A stretch of DNA of 64,000 nucleotides from Mobula hypostoma. Its lineage: Eukaryota. The notes under the pieces are model-generated. The model made no database searches. It was not told the DNA's origin and saw only the letters and a program-made list of their open reading frames with translations. The position numbers and the translations under genes were made by a program. Location: the NCBI RefSeq assembly GCF_963921235.1, contig NC_086104.1, positions 134,230,001 to 134,294,000 of the forward strand. The letters run 5' to 3'. This document shows, one piece after another, positions 33,653 through 46,487 of this stretch; the first letter of the stretch is position 1; each line of letters opens with the position of its first letter.

Positions 33653-34798
33653 TTTTTTGACAAGGTTCCACACAGTTGGCTTATTCAAAAAGTCAGAAGG
33701 CATGGGATCCAGGGAAATTTGGCCAGGTGGATTCAGAACTGGCTGGCCTGCAGAAGGCAGAGGGTCGTGGTGGAGGGAGTCTATTCAGATGGGAGGATTA
33801 TGACTAGTGGTGTCCCAAAAGCATTGGTTCTGGGACCTCTACTTCTCGGGGTTTTTATTAATGACCTGGATGTGGGGGTAGAAGGGTGGGTTGGCAAGTT
33901 TGCACACGACACAAAGGTTGGTGGTGTTGTAAATAGTGTAGAGAATTGTCGAAGATTGCAGAGAGACATTGATAGGATGCAGAAGTGGGCTGAAAAGTGG
34001 CAGATGGATTTCAAACCGGAGAAGTGTGAGGTTGTACACTTTGGAAGGACAAACTCCAGGCAGAGTACAAAGTAAATGACAGGATACTTGGTAGTGTGGA
34101 GGAGCAGAGGGATCTTGGGGTACATGTCCACAGATCCCTAAATGTTGCCTCACAGGTAGATAGGGTGTTTAAGAAAGATTATGGGGTGTTAGCTTTCATA
34201 AGTTGAGGGATATAGTTTAAGAGTCGCAATGTAATGATGCAGCTCTATAAAACTCTAGTTAGGACACGCTTGGAGTACTGTGTCCAGTTCTGGTCACCTC
34301 ACTATAGGAAGGATGTAGAAGCATTGGAAAGGGTACAGAGGAGATTTACCAGGATGCTGCCTGGTTTAGAGAGTATGCATTATGGTCAGAGATTAAGGGA
34401 GCTAGGGCTTTACTCTTTAGAGAGAAGGATGATGAGAGGAGACATCATAGGTGTGTACAAGATAATAAGAGGAATAGTTAGATTGGATAGCCAGCGCCTC
34501 TTCCCCAAGGCACCACTGCTCAATACAAGGGGACATGGCTTTAAGGTAAGGGGTGGGAAGTTCAAGGGTGATATTAGAGGTAGTTTTTTTTTTTTACTCA
34601 GAGAGTGGTTGGTGTGTGTAGTGCACTGCCTGAGTCAGTGGTGGAGGCAGATACACTAGTGCAGTTTAAGAGAATACTAGACAGGTATATGGAGGAATTT
34701 AAGTTGGGGGGTTATATGGGAGGCAGGATTTGAGGGTCTGCACAACATTGTGGGCCGAAAGGCCTGTAATATGCTGTATTATTCTATGTTCTATGTTA
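33653..34798 (+). mobile_element. CR1 LINE 3' fragment inserted in the L1 endonuclease domain
   Basis: ORFs 33719 and 34234 (TSGVPKALVLGP, LEYCVQFWSP); (ttctatg)n tail; L1 resumes at atgaccagct. Confidence 0.93.
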
Positions 34799-36020
34799 TA
34801 ATGACCAGCTCTCAAGGGGTAGTAATCTGCAGTGAGTATTTTAACATTAGATTAAACCCTGCATTAGATTCTTCAGCAACTGATTGACACACCACTAGTG
34901 AAGACTATACATAGTACTCCTCCCCTCATTCATCTTATTCAAGGATAATGTATTTAAATATATGTATATATTTAACGTAGATAGATTCAGGATGAAAGAG
35001 TGTAACGTTGCAACAATTGGTTTGTCGGACCATACCCCAGTCTCTGCATCTCTAATTGTGGAAAGAAAGACGAGGAAAATACTATGGAGGTTAAATTCAC
35101 AAATACTCAATGACCCGAAAGTAATGGAGAGATTAAGGGGAAAGTCAAAGAATACCTAAACCGGAATGACACGGGAGAACCATTTCCAGTGATCTTATGG
35201 GATACATTGAAAGCTGTACTGAGAGGAAAAAATATTTCTATTACTACTCACATGAAAAAACTATTAAAGCACAACAATTAGCAGACCTTCAAGCAAAATT
35301 AAGACAACTTCAAGTAGCAGATAGAAACAAAATTAATTGTAATTTTAAACAGGAAATTAAGAATTGCGAAGTGAAATTGATTAAACTTACACATTGGAAA
35401 CTCCAAGAAATTTCTTTACCTGAGACAAAAGAATTACGAGGTAGGAGGAAAATCAGCTAGGTTATTAGCATATAAGTTACGTGAACAAAAAGCAGGCAAT
35501 ACAATTCATAAAATAAAGAATCCAAAAACAAAGCTTGTTGTGAGTACAATAGGGAAAATTCAAGAGAGTTTTGAAACATATTATCGATAGATGTACTCTC
35601 AACCCCGGGCCTCCAATGAGTCCCATGTAGACACTTTTCTGAATTCTTTACAACTACCCAACCTCACAGATTTACAAAATGAATGCCTATTAGAACCAGT
35701 AACTGCTAAATAATTGAACGTGGCCATCTTTAGATTAATGACCGGAAAGAATCCAGGTTCTGATGGGTTTAGCTCAGAGAGGAACGAATCGCTGAAGTCA
35801 CCGTTAGCTCCATTATAACTTAACAGCTTTATTTGGATCTTACAGAGAGGAGAAATTCCACTTTCTTGGAGAAAGGCGATTTTCTCTGTTATTCCTAAAG
35901 AGAATGAAGATAAACTAGAATGCGGTAAATACCGGCCAATCAGTGTCCTTAATTTGAATTATAAATAATTTACATCTATATCAGCTCGTAAAGTGAAAAA
36001 GCTTCTACTTGGCCTCATCC

Positions 36021-37216
36021 TGTCACAGTAGGGGCGTTGGAAGCGGACCCAAATGCAAGACACAGACACTGAAGTACAAGGAACAGGACCTGACTAGAGT
36101 AGGGACAAGCAGACAAGGAGCTGGGACAAGAACGCAGACTTGGGCTAGGACAACGACTAGACAGGAAACCTAGACAACGAACTAATAACTAGGAGCCTGG
36201 GCTAGGGAGAGCGGGACCGGGATTCGAAACCATGGACTAGGAGATAAGGCTTAGACTCCGAGCTAGAGACTGGATAAGGACCCAGAACCTGGGTCTTGCC
36301 TCGGGCTCGGACCCCAGAACCAGGCAAGGACATGTCATGGCTTCAGGACTGTACATCGCTGAGGTCTAGAGGCTTGAGCTTGGAGACAGGCTGGGGTCTT
36401 GGCTTTGAGGCTTGAGGCTGGAGTCTTGGCTCTTGAGGCATGGGGCTGGGGTATTGCCTCTTGAGGCCTGAGGCTGGAGTCTTGTCCCTTAAGGCCTGAG
36501 GTTGGGTTCTTGGCTCTTGAGGCCTGAGGCTGTGGTGTTGGTTCTTGAGGCTTGAGGCTGGGGTTTTGGTTCTTGAGGCCGTTGTCTGGGGTCTTGGATC
36601 TTGAGCCTTGCAGGCTGGGGTCTCGGGTCTTGAAATGCGGAGGCTGATAACTCGGAGCCCGGAGCTCGGAGACAGACTGGGAACTGTACATCAACATAGA
36701 GCCAGGACTCATCTTTAACACGACACAAACATGAGACTGCAAAGAACATAGACATAGAGCCGGGACTTATCCCTAGACAAGCCGGGGCTCAACTTCATCT
36801 CCACACCAAGGTGGGACAGGTCCCTCTGTTGGGTAACGGCAGAACGGCCGGACTTACCCAACAGAGGCGAGGACAAGACAAGACAGATCCCCATGCAGGA
36901 CAGCGGACAGCTACTCAGCTGGACCCGGAAACAGCCGAAACCATACTTCAAACACGGCTCCAACTGTCGACAGCAAGGCTTGATGAAGCGATGGTTCTCT
37001 AACGTGGCCTAAAGATGGAAAGAGGCCGCTGTAGCCTTCCACCAGCAGGTTGTTCCGAGGGAATCTTGACAAGACAAACCAGCAGCCCACACTCAACCCC
37101 AAGGCTACCTATATTCCAAGCCCCAAGATGGGAATCAGGTGCCTATGATTTACTCAAACAAAACAAGGGACAGCTGGAAGACCCGGAGCCCTGAGTCCAC
37201 GGACCGGATCTTGACA
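36021..37216 (-). mobile_element. Solo LTR (Gypsy-type), copy 2, inserted in L1 RT
   Basis: Termini TGTCA...TGACA; 5-bp TSD CATCC (36016-36020, 37217-37221); internal ~21-bp minisatellite at 36360-36640. Confidence 0.92.
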
Positions 37217-40200
37217 CATCCACTGTGGCCAGGCTGGATTTATACAGCAAAGATAAACTCAGGACAACATAAGGAGAACCTTCCACATACTAGAACATGT
37301 TACAAAAAACGGAACAGAGACAATGGTAGTGGGATTAGATGCCGGGAAAACTTTTGGTTAATTTAGATGGTTATTCTTATATAAACTGTTAGGATAATTT
37401 GGCTTTCAAGAAAAGCTTATTAAAGTAATCCAGACGTTATTTGACAGCTCTACATCTCTAAATAAGATAAACAGGGACATCTCTGACTCTTTTGTTTTAC
37501 AGAGAGGAGCTAGACAGGGATGCCCAATTTCCCCTCTTATCTTTGCACTATATATTGAATCTCTGCCCAATTAATAAGACTGAGGGAAATTGTAAAAGAT
37601 TTAAAGGTGACAGGGATTAAACAGAAGGTGGCGCTGTTCGCAGAAGCCGTCCTAGTCTATTTGAGTGAACCAGAAAAATCATTCATAGGATTGTATACAC
37701 TGTTGGATGAGATGGGGAAAATATTAGGTTATAAAATTAATGTAAAGGAGACGCAGGTTATGTCTCTAAATTATACAGCATCCAAAAAGCTGCAGGACAC
37801 ATATGATCTTAAGTGGGAAGCTAAATCATTGAAATATTTAAGGATAACCCTGCCAAAAGAGCTTTCAACGATGTCACAAGTAAATTATGGGCCATTAATT
37901 TCAGAGATAAAAGCATATATACATAAATGGAATGTTGTCCCCGTTTTAAGTAAAAATTCAGGGATAAATACCAGAAAATGAATATTCTCCCTCGGTTACT
38001 TTACTTTTTCCGGACTTTACCTGTGGAGGTATACGATAATTAATTCAGGGAATGGGATAAATGGATTTCTCGCTTTATATGGCAAGGAAAGAAACCTAGA
38101 ATCCGGTTTAATACTTTACAGTTAGGAATGGAAGGAGGAGGTATGGTACTTCCTTGTTTGAGAAACTATTTTTATGCTACACAGATAACCCCTCTGTTAT
38201 ATTGGAGTAATGGGGAATGCATGCCTAGATGGAAGGGAATAGAAGTTGAATTGATTGACAGTTTTGCACTACAGCTCTCAATTGCGGACAAAGGATTGAT
38301 GGCCCAATTGGAAAAGATTAAATACAGCTGGATAAATCTCACACTGAAAGTATAGTAGAAAGTGGTTATTTCATGTGGAATCGACAACATGTTAAAACAT
38401 TTCAGATGGTGTGCTTATGATACAGAATTCCTTCCCAGCAGAGGAGATAAAAGATATGAACTATGGATAAAGAAAGGTCTTACAACCTACCTCTCATTCA
38501 CACATAAAAGTATATTAAAAAAATCCAATCCCTGCAGGATAAATACGGCCTAGAACACAATGTTTTTTTTTTATTTTTCGGTACCTTTAAGTACTACAGT
38601 ACTTTAACCAGAGTTGTAGATACGTAGACTTATCAACAGCAGAATTAGAATTGTTCAAGATTCTGAAATCGGATTAAAGTTCAACACCAAGTAAATCAAT
38701 TTCTCGATTATATAGTGCCCTATTTCATGCCAAAAATGAAAACACATTGTATATTAAAGAGAAGAGGGGGTGGGGGGAATGTGGTTAGTACTTTCAGAGG
38801 AGGCTTGGGGGGAAATATGCGATTTTCAGTGGTCTTCAACTAACTCTTTGATTTGGAGAGAACATTGTTGGAAAAATATTATAAGATACATCAAGACCCC
38901 ATACCAGGAAGAATATAAAGACAGAAACATGGCATATTGGAGAAGGTGTGGTTCCAAGGAGGCAAATCATTTCCTTATTTTTTGGGGATTGCCCTAAATT
39001 AAGTTTATATTGCAAAGATATTCACAGAGCATAATTTAAGACACAGATACCTATGAACCTGGAGACTCTCTGTTTGGGGGCATGTATTGTTTTTGGAACA
39101 GAAGAGAAATATAAAGCTACGGCAGGTCTTTTTAGCGGCAACTAAGAAATCAATCGCCAGAAAGTGGCTAAATCCAACATCACCTAAATTAGAAGACTGG
39201 CATGAAATTATTTTGGAAATATTTAAAATGTAAAAGATCACTTACTCTCTGAGAATTCAAGAAGAAGAAAAAAATCTTCAAATTTGGAATAAATGGATTG
39301 AATTTATAGCCCCAATGCGATCTGACTTTAGATGACTCTCCTAAAGGTTCATACTGCTTTCCTCATCAATATAGTAATATTGTTAACGTAAGCTGCCTTG
39401 TTTCGAATATCCACTGTTTTATTTCTGGAAAACGTGGTATTAGTACAAGAAAAGAAAAATATTTTGGAAAATGATGAAATGAAGTGAAATGAAGTAAATA
39501 AGTACACAGGGATTGGATAAGCATATCTGTGGGTAGGAGCAAATATAAATGTGTACTTGTGAATGTGTAACTATATACCCATTTATACATATATAAAAAT
39601 GGAAAAGGTCATTACATGTACAAAAGTTTGTGTAATACCTTATCCAAATAAAAAAAAATAAATCTGATGTCGGGGAGAAAATAACTGCTACGGTAGCGTT
39701 GACAGTGTGCCTTCAACTTCCTCTATGTTCTCCCCGATTATAGTATTGAGAGAAATGCATGTCTGTAATCGTAGATGCTGCCTTCATGAGGCACCGCACT
39801 TTATAAACGTCCTCGAGGGTGGAGGGACATGTGCCCATGATGGAGTGCGCTGAGTTTTCAAACTTCGGCAATTTTTTGTCGGCTCATTGGGACCCTCCTA
39901 TAATATTCATTATCTCCTTCACTCTCCCTTTTAACTATTGTGTAATCTAAAAACTTACTAAATGGCACTGTAACTTCTTATTACAAGAAACGTTGATATT
40001 ACTGGGGAAAAATGCTTCAACTTAGTCCCCCTAACGTTCATCAGCAGAAAATCAGCAGACCCTCCAGTCCAAGGAACAACATTCCATATTCTGGAATATT
40101 TACTTACTTCCATCGAGACAAAGTATATCCAATTAGTCAACACTCCCTGGATTTCATGCAAGTTATCTGTCCAGAGCGGGTGACCAAATAGAAATTTATT

Positions 40201-43200
40201 GAATGACATATTGGAGTCTATTTATGGTTTATTAAAAACATCATCTAGTAAGACATGATCTCGCAACCATAATGATTTGTCTGTTACGTTACTGAAATAC
40301 TCACTTTGCAGAAAGAGGTTCTGGGGCTTATAATAAACTTCTCTTGTTTTTTCTATCTAAGGGCTCATTTAAGATTGGAATGCCTTTGCTGGCTACTATT
40401 GTTTGCCTTTTTTATTTTTTTTGCCCCTTTCTCTGCGCACCGGGCGTTCGTCTTTATTTAATTGTTTTTATTCGTGTTTCTTACATTGTACTCGCCTGTT
40501 CAGAAAATACGTCTAAAGGTTTTATAATTTATACATTATTTTATAATAAATAAACTTTGTAATTTTAAACATTGACGTCTTATCTCTCAGTACTCTCTCC
40601 AATGACGTACCTTCCATAGACAATCGTTTAAATGTCTGTAGTTGCGTGTTTTTCCCTTGCCACCCTCCGGCCTTTTATTGCTCACCGGTGACGATGCATA
40701 CTTCTCAACGCGGCACTTCCAAATTGTCTCTAAATGTATACAGTCTTGGTGGATAATCTTTACTGAGTCCTGAGATTAATTTATCTTGTTCATTAATTTA
40801 ACATGGTGAAACAGAGGATCGTCACTTCTTATGTAATTCCCCTAATATCCAAGTGTCGACAAAAACAAACAAACAAATAAAATAAAACATTCTGGAAATT
40901 AAGCAATGCTGCATCTGGTATGTTGCTAAACGAGTCTGCTGGAATTTTATTTACTTGCTAAAGATACTCTGTGTCCAATTTTCGTCTTTGTTCTTCTTTA
41001 TTGAATATCCTCTGACCATTTATATACTCTTCTTTGCTTTAAGTTGATCCAGCTGCTATAGGCTTACTTCATTTGTCTGACCAGAGTGCCACTATGCCTT
41101 GCTATCCAGCTTTCCTTTCTCCTGGTGGCTTTGCTTTTCATTCCAAAAGTGGCATGCAGGTATGAAACTATTGATACTCACTTCTGAAAGACTCTAAACT
41201 GTAGACCTTCTTTTGCGTAAAACATGCTACTTTTTTTCAACTTTTCAAGTTCCTGCCTAATGTCATTGAAATTCGCTTTACCTCAAATAAGAACGTTAAG
41301 TTTGGAGCTGATCTAACCATTTCCACAGTGCATATATAAGTAATAAAACTCAGGTGACTGTTTCCAAAGTGTCTTTCTGCCGTTTCTTCAATCGGACAGT
41401 ATGACGTAATAGATTTAACTTCCTGGATGGCAGTACCTGAAAAAATGGGACGTTGTATTTTTAAAGTGCCATGCCCAATGCTGGTGTAATTTTATTATCA
41501 TGTGGACAACAGGGTAGCCATGGGACTATGGAATTTTTGACTGGACATAATTGAAGAAGTAAACTTACACAAAGTGGCAAATAAACGACTCATACATATG
41601 ACGGCAATTCACTTGTACAAGTCAGGAAGTATCCTTAATTCCAAATTCCCCTCTATGTTTTTAACATTAACAGACACGGACCAACTATTGCTCTGATCAG
41701 GAAGGTATTCATTTACAAACTGGAAACTGTGTTTCACGGATATTTGGGATATTTAGGAATATTTGGAATGAAAATTGGGAAGTACCACATAATTTTGATT
41801 TGATCAATTAATTGAAGAGCATAATCAAATACAGTAAAGCAAAGAAAGTTTTTCAAAAATCGTAAAAGTTTAAACTTAGATAGAAATGGCATTCAGCAGA
41901 CAAGAGGTTTATTAACAAAGAGTTAACCAACTTTTAAACTGCATTTATTGTTACAATTTCTATCAGTGCTGCAGCCGGGGAGGAAAAATAAACTGACGCT
42001 ATAAATATGCTGAAGCTCTGAAATGCTCCAGATTTTCTGGTTCGGTTAGCATTTAGAAACAAATAAGTATTATATATATTGTTTCATTGCAAGCTATTTC
42101 ACAATTATATGTAACAAATTTGAAAAATTATATCATCATACTTATTATGTTAACATAATTTCACAATTACATTAACAATAAATAAAAGAGAATGCCATCA
42201 ACGCAGCAGCAAATGCGAGGTGCGTGGGAACGCGTCATTTACCGCGAAGCCGGCCGTGCATCCGCTCGGTTTGGAGACAACATAGCTTAATTCTCGTTCA
42301 TCATCGTTGTGGCCATATAAATAGGTGCAGCACATCACGGAAGCATATCTTTCGATGCTGAAAGCATCTTCTTTGCTGCTCGCATTGCCTACATACGGCC
42401 CAAATTCGTCCAGGACTTTCTCTTCCATATACTATGCTGCAATTGTACCCACATTGTCTATTTCATCTGACAACTCATTCCACGCAATCACGACTGACTA
42501 CGTAAGTAAGTCACTGTTCTGGTCTCTTATATATCTATACTGATAACCTCTAACTGCACCCTCTGGATTCGTCGCCTCAACAACGCGGGAAAGACTACTA
42601 TAATCCAAGTTCTCCTTATCACTTATGACTTTATAAACATGACCTAAAGTGCAAGGAATACTCAGGTGTAGCCTCCCTCGCCCTATCACTCTGACACTTT
42701 CGTCCCGGCAACGTCCTCTTAAATCTGTTTTGCACACCCTCAAGTTGACAAGGTCTTCCTTTTAACAGGTAGAACAAATGTAAACGTATTACCCCAAGTT
42801 CGTTCCCAGCAACGACATATAAAACTCAAAAAATAACCCTCCTCGTAAATTCGATGATCAGATTATCTCACAAATGGATTATGATGTCTTCAAAATTCAT
42901 AACAATGACTTGCTTCACAACGAACATGTCCCCTAATTCCATGTCAATAGTAAAATTGCCAAATGCTTTGTGAATTCATATCTGAGTCGTTTCAGTAGTT
43001 TGAAGACGAAACGTGGAGCGTTAAGCGGAAGGGTATGAAGGAGGGCGTTCACCGAACTTGTTGATGTGTTTCGCTGCCCAGAATCAGGAAGGGAGAAATA
43101 CATTCTGGGAATCGTATATGGGATACCAAATAGATCGAGAAAATAGGGTTTGAGATTGCAAATGGAGCTCGAAAGGACATCTAGTAAGGTAGGCTCACAA

Positions 43201-43690
43201 TTGTAATGGGGGACTTCAATCGGAGGCTGTGATTGGGGAAAATCATGTTGATGTCCGATCGCAAGAAAGAGAATTTATTGGATGGCTTCGAGCTTCTGTT
43301 GGAATCTTCTCGGGAGTAGATTATATTTTAGATTGGCTGTTGTGCATGAACCCAAATCATATTAGGGACCATAAAGTAACGATACCCTGTGGAACAATGA
43401 TCATAATATGATCGATTTCATACTGCAATTTGAGAGAGTGATGCTTAAGGCACGGGTATCAGTACCGCAATCGGACAAAGGGAATTAGAGAAGCATGAGA
43501 GCAGTGCTTGACCTTAACGGATGAGAGAGCGATACTGGTGGGAATACTGGCAGAACAGATGTGGCTGAAGTTTCTGGGATTAGTTAACAGGGCGCAGGAT
43601 AGATATGTCTGACATAAAAATAAGTTGCCAAATTCAGGGCTGGCTGAAGGGAAGTTAAGGACGACTTACAAAACAAAGGAAAGGACATAT

Positions 43691-46487
43691 ATGAGACGTG
43701 GCTAAAGGATGCATGCCTCTGGAAGCTGAATGTCCAAGGACACACGGTGTATCGAAAGGATAGGAAGGTAGGCAGAGGGGCAGGAGTGGCTTTATTGGTA
43801 AGAAATGATGTTAAATCATTAGAAAGCGTTGATATACGATTGGAAGATGCAGAATCTTTATAAGTTGAGCTAAGAAATCGCAGGGGTAAAAGGACCCTGA
43901 TGGCAGTTATTTATAGGCCTCCAAGCAGCTGCAGTGATGTGGACTACAAATTACAACAGGAAATAGAAAAGGCTTGTCAGAAGGGCAGTGTTATGATAAT
44001 TCTGGGGGATTTTAACATGCGAGAGGATTGGGAAAATCAGGTCGGCACTGGATCTCAAGAGAGAGAATTTGTAGAATGCCAGGGAGATGTTTTTTTAGAA
44101 CAGTTTGCTGTTTAGCCCACTAGGGGATCGGCTGCACTGGATTGGGTAGTGTGTAACGAACCGGAGCTGATTAGAGAGATTGAGGTGAAGGAACCCTTAG
44201 GAGGCAGTGATCATAACATGATTCAGTTCGCTGTGAAATTTGAAGAAGAGAAGCCGATATCTGATGTGTCCGTATTTCAGTGGAGTAAAGGAAATTACAG
44301 TGGCACGGGAGAAGGAACTGACCAAAGTTGAGTGGAAAGGGACACTGGCGGGAAGGACGGCAGAGCAGAAGTGGCTGGAGTTTACGCGAGAAGTAAGGAA
44401 GGCGCAAGGCAGGTATATCGCAAAAAAGAAAACATTTTCGAATGGAAAAAAGGATGCAACCGTGGTTGACAAGAGAAGTCAAAGCCAAAATTAAAGCAAA
44501 GTGGAGGGCATACAAGGAAGCAAAAATTAGTGGGAAGACAGAGGATTGGGAATTTTTTAAAAGCTTACACAAGTAAACTAAGAAGGTCATTAAGAGGGAA
44601 AAGATTAACTATGAAAGGAAGCTAGCAAATAATATCAAAGAGGATACTAAAAGCTTTTTCAAGTATATATAGAATAAAAGACAGGTGAGAGTAGATAAAC
44701 GACAGATAGAAAATGATGCTGGAGAGATTGTAATTGGAGATAAGGAGATGGCAGAGGAACTGAAAGAGTATTTTGCATCAGTCTTCACAGAGGAAGACAT
44801 CGGCAGTATACCGGACACTGAAAGGCAGCAGGGAAGAGAAGTGTGCACAGTCACCATTACGACAGAGGAAGTACTCAGGAAGCTGAATAATCTGAAGGTA
44901 GATAAATCTCCCGGACCAGATGGAATGCACCCGCGTGTTCTGAAGGAAGTAGCTGTAGAGATGGCGGAGGCATTAGCGATTATCTTTCAAAAGTCGATTG
45001 ATTCTGGCATGGTTCCGGGGGACTGGAAGATTGCAAATGTCACTCCGCTATTTAAGAAGGGGGTAAGGAAGCAAAAAGGAAATTATAGACCTGTTAGCTT
45101 GACATCGGTGGTTGGGAAGTTATTGGACTCGATTGTCAAGGATGAGGTTACAGAGTACCTGGAGGCATATGACAAGATAGGCGGAACTCAGCATGGATTA
45201 CTTAAAGGAAAATCCGGCCTGAAAAACCTATTACAATTTTTTGAGGAAATTCCCACTAGGCTACACAAGGGAGATGCGGTGGATGTTGTATATTTGGATT
45301 TTCAGAAGGCCTTTAACAAGGTGCTACACATGAGGCTACTTAACAAGATAAGAGCCCATGGAATTACTAAAAGAAACCTACGTGGATAGAGCGTTGGCTG
45401 ATTGGCAGGAAACAGAGAGTGGGAATAAAGGGATCCTGTTCTGGTTGGCTGCAGGTTACCAGTGGTGTTCCACAGGGGTTCGTGTTGAGGCCGCTTCTTT
45501 TTACATTGTACATCAAAGATTTGGATTATGCAATAGATGGCTTTGTGGCTAAGTTTGCTGACGATACGAAGGTAGGTGGAGGGTCCGGTAGTGCTGAGGA
45601 AACGGCGAGTCTGCATAGAGTCTTGGATAGATTGGAAGAATGGGCAAAGAAGTGGCAAATGAAATACACTGTTGGAAAATGTGTGGTTATGCACTTTGGC
45701 AGAAGAAATAAACGGGCAGACTATTATTTAAATGTGCAAATAATTCAAAGTTCTGAGATGCTACGGGACTTTGAGTTCTCGTACAGGATACCCTTAAGGT
45801 TAACCTCCAGGTTGAGTCGGTAGTGAAGAAGGCGATTGCAATGTTGGTATTCATTTCTAGAGTAATAGAGTATAGGAGCAGGGATGTGATGTTGAGGCTC
45901 TATAAGGCGCTGGTGAGACCTCACTTGGAGTACTGTGGGCAGTTCTAGTCTCCTTATTTAAGAAAGGATGTGCTGACGTTGGAGAGGGTACAGAGAAGAT
46001 TCACTAGAATGATTCCGGGAATTAGAGGGTTAACAAATGAAGAACGTTTGTCCGCTCTTGGACTGTATTCCTTGGAGTTCAGAAGAATGAGGGGAGACCT
46101 CATAGAAACATTTCGAATGTTGAAAAGCATGGACAGAGTGGATGTTCAAAGTTGTTTCTCATAATGGAGGAGTCTATTACGAGAGGGCATGAATTGAGGA
46201 TTGAAGGGCGCCCATTCAGAACAGAAATGAGAAGAAATTTTTTTAGTCAGAGGGTGGTGATCTTTGGAATTTGTTTCCACGGGCAGCAGTGGAGGCCAAG
46301 TTATTGGGTGTATTTAAGACAGAGATTGATACGTAACTGAGTAGCCAGGGCGTCGAAGGTGATGGTGAGAAGACGGTTGGGGGGGGGGGGGACTAAATTG
46401 GGAAAATGGATCAGCTCATGATAAAATGGCGGCGCAAGCTCGATGGGCCGAATGGCCGACTTCTGCTCCTTTGTCTTATGCTCTTAT
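43691..46487 (+). mobile_element. CR1 LINE ORF2 (APE+RT), frameshifted
   Basis: AVIYRPP, ILGDFN, GGSDH, KSPGPDGMHPRVLKE, NYRPVSLTSVVGK, KFADDTK; cttatg tail. Confidence 0.95.

Larger units (their letters stand above)
31293..39662 (+). mobile_element. L1-clade LINE, near full length, defective and triply interrupted
   Basis: ORF1 C-half RSILVRFLSYSTKEEVL...HDYTPGILARRKEY; ORF2 ATG at 33261 MQNEPVKNISYNVNGVLNPIKR (APE); RT motifs RGARQGCPISPLIFALYIE and ALFAEAVLVYL; C-terminal WRRCGSKEANHFLIFW; A-rich tail 39646-39662. Confidence 0.92.

Noticed and set aside
5019-37216. The two solo LTRs as ends of one 32-kb element that captured the gene
   Set aside because: Each LTR has its own distinct TSD and host element, so they are independent insertions.
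42190-42800. CpG-richer patch with short ORFs on both strands
   Set aside because: It is not long or dense enough for a CpG island; the distal part resembles a decayed CR1 3' end and the ORFs have no recognisable motifs.
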